Positions 5,539 to 8,405 of a stretch of 8,405 nt of DNA are shown here, one piece after another. The DNA is taken from the NCBI GenBank assembly GCA_963718915.1, contig CAVRAI010000011.1, positions 1-8,405 on the forward strand, read 5' to 3'. Numbering within the stretch: the first letter of the stretch is position 1; the number at the start of each line of letters is the position of its first letter. The notes below the pieces were generated by a model that searched no databases, was not told the origin of the DNA, and saw only the letters and a program-made list of their open reading frames with translations. A program made the translations under genes and the position numbers. This DNA comes from an uncultured Chloroflexia bacterium (GTDB lineage: Bacteria > Chloroflexota > Ktedonobacteria > Ktedonobacterales > JADMIN01).

Positions 5539-6975
5539 CTATTCCGGTAGTTGCAGCGACTTGACGGTCAGGAACTCTTCGAGACCGTAGCGGCCCAGCT
5601 CGCGTCCGTGGCCGGATTGCTTGTAGCCGCCGAAGGGCGCCAACATGTTGAACGCGCCGCCATTGATCTCGACCTGCCCCGTGCGCAGCCGCCGCGCCAC
5701 CCGCACCGCCCGCTCGCGGTCGCCCGACCAGACGCCGCCTGACAACCCGTAGATGCTATCGTTGGCGATGCGCACCGCGTCATCTTCATCCTCGTAGGGC
5801 ATGATGACCAGCACCGGGCCGAAGATCTCCTCCTGCGCAATCGCCATCTCGCTCGTCACATCCGAGAAGACCGTCGGGCGGACGAAATAGCCCTTTTCCA
5901 GACCCTCCGGCGGCTCCGCGCCACCCGTCACCAGCTTCGCGCCCTCCTGCTCGCCCTTGCGAATATAACTCGTCACGATCTCCTGCTGGTCGGCGGAGAC
6001 AAGCGGCCCCAGGCGCGTGCCCTTTGTAAACGGATCGCCCGGCGTGAACCATTCCGCCGACCGCTTCGCAATCTCCTCGGCCTCCGCCAGCCGCGAACGG
6101 GGGACCAGCATCCGGGTCAGCGCGCTACACGTCTGCCCGGTATTGAGGAAGCACTTCCCCACACCGTCGCGCACCGCCGTCTCGAAATCGGCGTCGTCGA
6201 GCAGGATATTCGCCGACTTGCCGCCCAGTTCCAGCGCCACCGGCTTGACTGTGCGCGAGGCCAGTTCGCTGACGCGGCGGCCAGCGTTGGTCGAGCCGGT
6301 GAACGAGATCATATCCACGCCGGGATGGAGCGCCAGCGCCTCGCCGACGACACTGCCCCGGCCCGAGACCAGATTGAAGACGCCCGCTGGCAGCCCTATC
6401 TCGTCGAAGATATCCGCCAGAATAAAGGCGTTGAGCGGCGCGACCTCGCTCGGCTTGAGGACGACGGTGCAGCCAGCGGCAATCGCGGGCGCGACCTTCG
6501 CCGCGATCTGGTGCAGCGGGTAGTTCCAGGGGGTAATGCAGCCGACGACGCCGATTGGCTCACGCACCACCAGCGAGTTGCCGATGCGCTCCTCGAACGG
6601 GAACTCCGCCAGGATACCGGGCAGCGCGCTGAAGGTCGCCAGCGGCTGGCCCACCTGAATGATCTGCGAGAGCCGGATTGGCATGCCGACCTCACGCGCG
6701 ATCACCTCGCCAATCGCCTCCCGTCGCGCTTCGAGCAGATCGGCGACCTTTTGCAGATAGGCGGCGCGCTCGGCCACCGGGGCCTGCGACCAGGTCGCAA
6801 AGGCATCCCTCGCAGCTGATACCGCCCGGTTGACATCCTCAGCGGTTCCGCGCGGCACACGGCCCATCACCTCCTCGGTGGTCGAGTTGATGACATCGGC
6901 CATCTCGGCGCTGCTGGCGGGTACCCATTCGCCGCCAATATAAACCTTGTCGCGAATAATCAGTTCGTCACTCAT
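5539..6975 (-). CDS. NAD(P)+-dependent aldehyde dehydrogenase family protein
   Basis: Long ORF with the canonical ALDH motifs [28 protein letters not shown] (catalytic Glu), [14 protein letters not shown] (catalytic Cys), EEIFGPV and [13 protein letters not shown]. The ORF track starts at GTG 6984. I prefer ATG 6975 (MSDELII...), because GGAAGGAAA lies about 10-12 nt upstream of it and is too close to the GTG. The start is uncertain by 9 nt, and substrate specificity cannot be called from sequence. Confidence 0.9.
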   Translation of the reverse strand: MSDELIIRDKVYIGGEWVPASSAEMADVINSTTEEVMGRVPRGTAEDVNRAVSAARDAFATWSQAPVAERAAYLQKVADLLEARREAIGEVIAREVGMPIRLSQIIQVGQPLATFSALPGILAEFPFEERIGNSLVVREPIGVVGCITPWNYPLHQIAAKVAPAIAAGCTVVLKPSEVAPLNAFILADIFDEIGLPAGVFNLVSGRGSVVGEALALHPGVDMISFTGSTNAGRRVSELASRTVKPVALELGGKSANILLDDADFETAVRDGVGKCFLNTGQTCSALTRMLVPRSRLAEAEEIAKRSAEWFTPGDPFTKGTRLGPLVSADQQEIVTSYIRKGEQEGAKLVTGGAEPPEGLEKGYFVRPTVFSDVTSEMAIAQEEIFGPVLVIMPYEDEDDAVRIANDSIYGLSGGVWSGDRERAVRVARRLRTGQVEINGGAFNMLAPFGGYKQSGHGRELGRYGLEEFLTVKSLQLPE

Positions 6976-7016
6976 ATGTCGCACGTTTCCTTCCCGCCGT
7001 ATGCTGCGCGGCGAGC

Positions 7017-7063
7017 TATCGTCGCCATTGACCTGTAGCTATAGCGTATCACAGGAGACGATA
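7017..7063. promoter_or_regulatory. 47-bp imperfect palindrome, candidate operator in the divergent ALDH / aldolase spacer
   Basis: Nested inverted repeats: tatcgtc (7017-7023) with gacgata (7057-7063), cctgt (7032-7036) with acagg (7051-7055), and a central palindrome gctatagc (7038-7045). It overlaps a TTGACC hexamer at 7028-7033. No regulator gene is visible in the window. Confidence 0.25.
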
Positions 7064-7223
7064 CGATTTTGAGATGCGGCAAGACGACAGAACATGGTAC
7101 ATTACTCATGCGCACCATGGCCTTGCTATCCGCACGCGCGCAGTGGCCCAGATGCGCCTCAATACCGGCAACGGCGCCTGTGTATTCCGAAAAGCAATGA
7201 CTGCCAGAATGGAGATTATTGGT

Positions 7224-8255
7224 ATGAGCAAAGTAACCATGTCGAAGGGCAAGTTCGAGGGCATCAACGCCTGCGCCGACGAGCGCGGGGTGATTGCCGC
7301 CGCCGCGATGGATCAGCGCGGCTCGCTCAAGAAGGCGATTGCTAAGGCGCGTGGTGATGGCGGTCAGGCGACCGCCGAGGATATGAGCCAGTTCAAGACG
7401 GCCGTCACCGAAGTCCTGACGAAATACGCCACTGCTATTCTGATGGATCCCGAGTACGGGCTGGAGGCGATCAAGCATCGCGCGCCCGGCACAGGGGTGC
7501 TGCTGGCCTATGAGAAAACTGGCTACGACGCTAACCTCGCGGGCCGCCTGCCCGATCTGCTGGATCGCTGGAGTGTGCGCCGGCTGGTTGAGGGTGGCGC
7601 GAACGCCATCAAGATTCTGCTCTACTACAACGCCTTCGACGACGAGGGCATCAACACCGTCAAACATGCCTTCATCGAGCGGGTGGGCGCGGAGTGCGCG
7701 GCGCTGGATGTGCCATTCTTCCTGGAGCCGCTGGCCTACGACGACGCGCTCGGCGACGAGAAGGGCTTCGAGTTCGCCAAGAAGAAGCCGGACTACGTGG
7801 CGCGCTACATGGAGGAGTTCTCGAAGCCACGCTATGGGGTAGACATACTGAAGGTTGAGGTGCCAGTCAACATGGCGTTCGTCGAGGGCACAAGCTCCTT
7901 CAAGGGCCAGGCTGCCTATAGCCGCGCGGATGCGCTCCGCCTCTTCACGGAGACCGCCAGCGCCGCCAGCAAGCCGTTTATCTACCTGAGCGCGGGCGTC
8001 ACCGACGAGGTCTTCCGCGAGACGCTGATACTGGCGGCGGAGGCTGGAACCAGTTTCTCCGGCGTGCTCTGTGGCCGCGCCACCTGGCAGGACGGCATCG
8101 CCGTCTACGGCAAGGAAGGCATCGGCGCACTCCACGCCTGGCTGGAGGATCGCGGCGTCAAGAACATCCAGATGCTCAACGAGGTTGTGAACAAGGGCGC
8201 GAAGCCCTGGTGGAACGCCTACGGCGGCAAGGAAAACATCGAGGTCATCGGCTAA
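7224..8255 (+). CDS. lacD: class I tagatose-1,6-bisphosphate aldolase-type (LacD/DeoC-LacD family) ketose-bisphosphate aldolase
   Basis: Matches remembered LacD sequences along its whole length: AMDQRGSLKK, ILMDPEYGL, LLAYEKTGYDA, LLYYN, FIERVGAECA, FFLEPLAYDD, FAKKKP, DILKVEVPVNM.FVEG, IYLSAGV, GVLCGRATWQ. I chose the start at ATG 7224 (MSKVTMSKGKF), which has GGAGA at 7211-7215, 8 nt upstream. The ORF-track start at 7074 adds 50 non-homologous residues. In-vivo substrate is uncertain (tagatose, fructose or another ketose bisphosphate). Confidence 0.8.
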   Translation: MSKVTMSKGKFEGINACADERGVIAAAAMDQRGSLKKAIAKARGDGGQATAEDMSQFKTAVTEVLTKYATAILMDPEYGLEAIKHRAPGTGVLLAYEKTGYDANLAGRLPDLLDRWSVRRLVEGGANAIKILLYYNAFDDEGINTVKHAFIERVGAECAALDVPFFLEPLAYDDALGDEKGFEFAKKKPDYVARYMEEFSKPRYGVDILKVEVPVNMAFVEGTSSFKGQAAYSRADALRLFTETASAASKPFIYLSAGVTDEVFRETLILAAEAGTSFSGVLCGRATWQDGIAVYGKEGIGALHAWLEDRGVKNIQMLNEVVNKGAKPWWNAYGGKENIEVIG

Positions 8256-8276
8256 CGAAACGCCCGCCTGAAAATG

Positions 8277-8309
8277 CCCCATCGCTCACGAGTCTGGCGA
8301 GCGGTGGGG
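8277..8309 (+). terminator. candidate intrinsic terminator hairpin downstream of the aldolase gene
   Basis: An 11-bp stem, ccccatcgctc (8277-8287) with gagcggtgggg (8299-8309), has one G-T wobble and an 11-nt loop. It starts 22 nt after the stop codon. The downstream sequence gcgctgctttcccc has only a short T run, so it is non-canonical. Confidence 0.3.
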
Positions 8310-8405
8310 CGCTGCTTTCCCCGTACTGTTTCCTGATTCATACCCGTTTAGGCTGGGTTGTTGCTGTTGGGGTGGGCCGACCGCAGCCTTCAACGTTTGG
8401 TGTGA

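Noticed and set aside
5238-5564. ORFs of 108 aa (5238-5564) and 61 aa (5365-5550) spanning the repeat-rich spacer
   Set aside because: Their Arg/Ala/Gly/Pro-rich translations are what GC-rich palindromes produce in any frame. They have no ribosome-binding site, they run into the ALDH 3-prime end, and the DNA-level inverted-repeat structure explains the sequence better.
7074-7223. Upstream-extended start of the aldolase ORF (393 aa from 7074)
   Set aside because: The extra 50 residues (MRQDDRTWYITHAHHGLAIRTRAV...) have no LacD homology and an atypical composition. ATG 7224 has a well-spaced GGAGA and gives a protein colinear with LacD N-termini.
6972-8282. 436-aa ORF on the minus strand, antisense to the whole aldolase gene; the longest alternative ORF in the window
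   Set aside because: It is a shadow ORF of the kind expected opposite a GC3-rich gene. Its translation is Ala/Gly/Leu/Arg/His-rich with no recognisable motifs, its 3-prime end overlaps the ALDH start, and it has no ribosome-binding site. The plus-strand frame matches LacD along its entire length.

Overview
GC-rich bacterial chromosomal window; I cannot assign a taxon from the sequence alone. Nine protein genes are supportable, all housekeeping or metabolic: a DUF402 nucleotide-phosphatase-family protein (46-525 +), a divergent PhoU-domain protein (522-1211 -), thiL (1330-2349 -), an MmcQ/YjbR-family protein (2659-3042 +), a small hydrophobic ORF (3116-3406 +), endonuclease IV nfo (3387-4316 -), scpB (4456-5187 -), an NAD(P)-dependent aldehyde dehydrogenase (5539-6975 -) and a LacD-type class I ketose-bisphosphate aldolase (7224-8255 +). 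I see no rRNA, tRNA, CRISPR array, transposase, integrase, toxin-antitoxin pair or recognisable defence gene, and no evidence for a novel multi-gene system. The main signal the genes do not explain is non-coding. The two spacers flanking scpB carry three copies of a roughly 60-70 nt module of consecutive GC-rich hairpins. Two copies lie in inverted orientation and form a 171-bp imperfect palindrome (5343-5513); the third is a solo copy (4341-4405). The copies differ mostly by compensatory stem changes or loop changes, which points to a structured REP/BIME-, ERIC- or MITE-like repeat family. Secondary observations: scpB has a perfect extended -10 box (TGCTATAAT) 7 nt upstream of its ATG and no Shine-Dalgarno, suggesting a leaderless mRNA, and it is not adjacent to scpA. 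There are also two convergent gene overlaps, and a 47-bp imperfect palindrome between the divergent aldehyde dehydrogenase and aldolase genes. Protein family calls rest on motifs recognised from memory, not on database searches.
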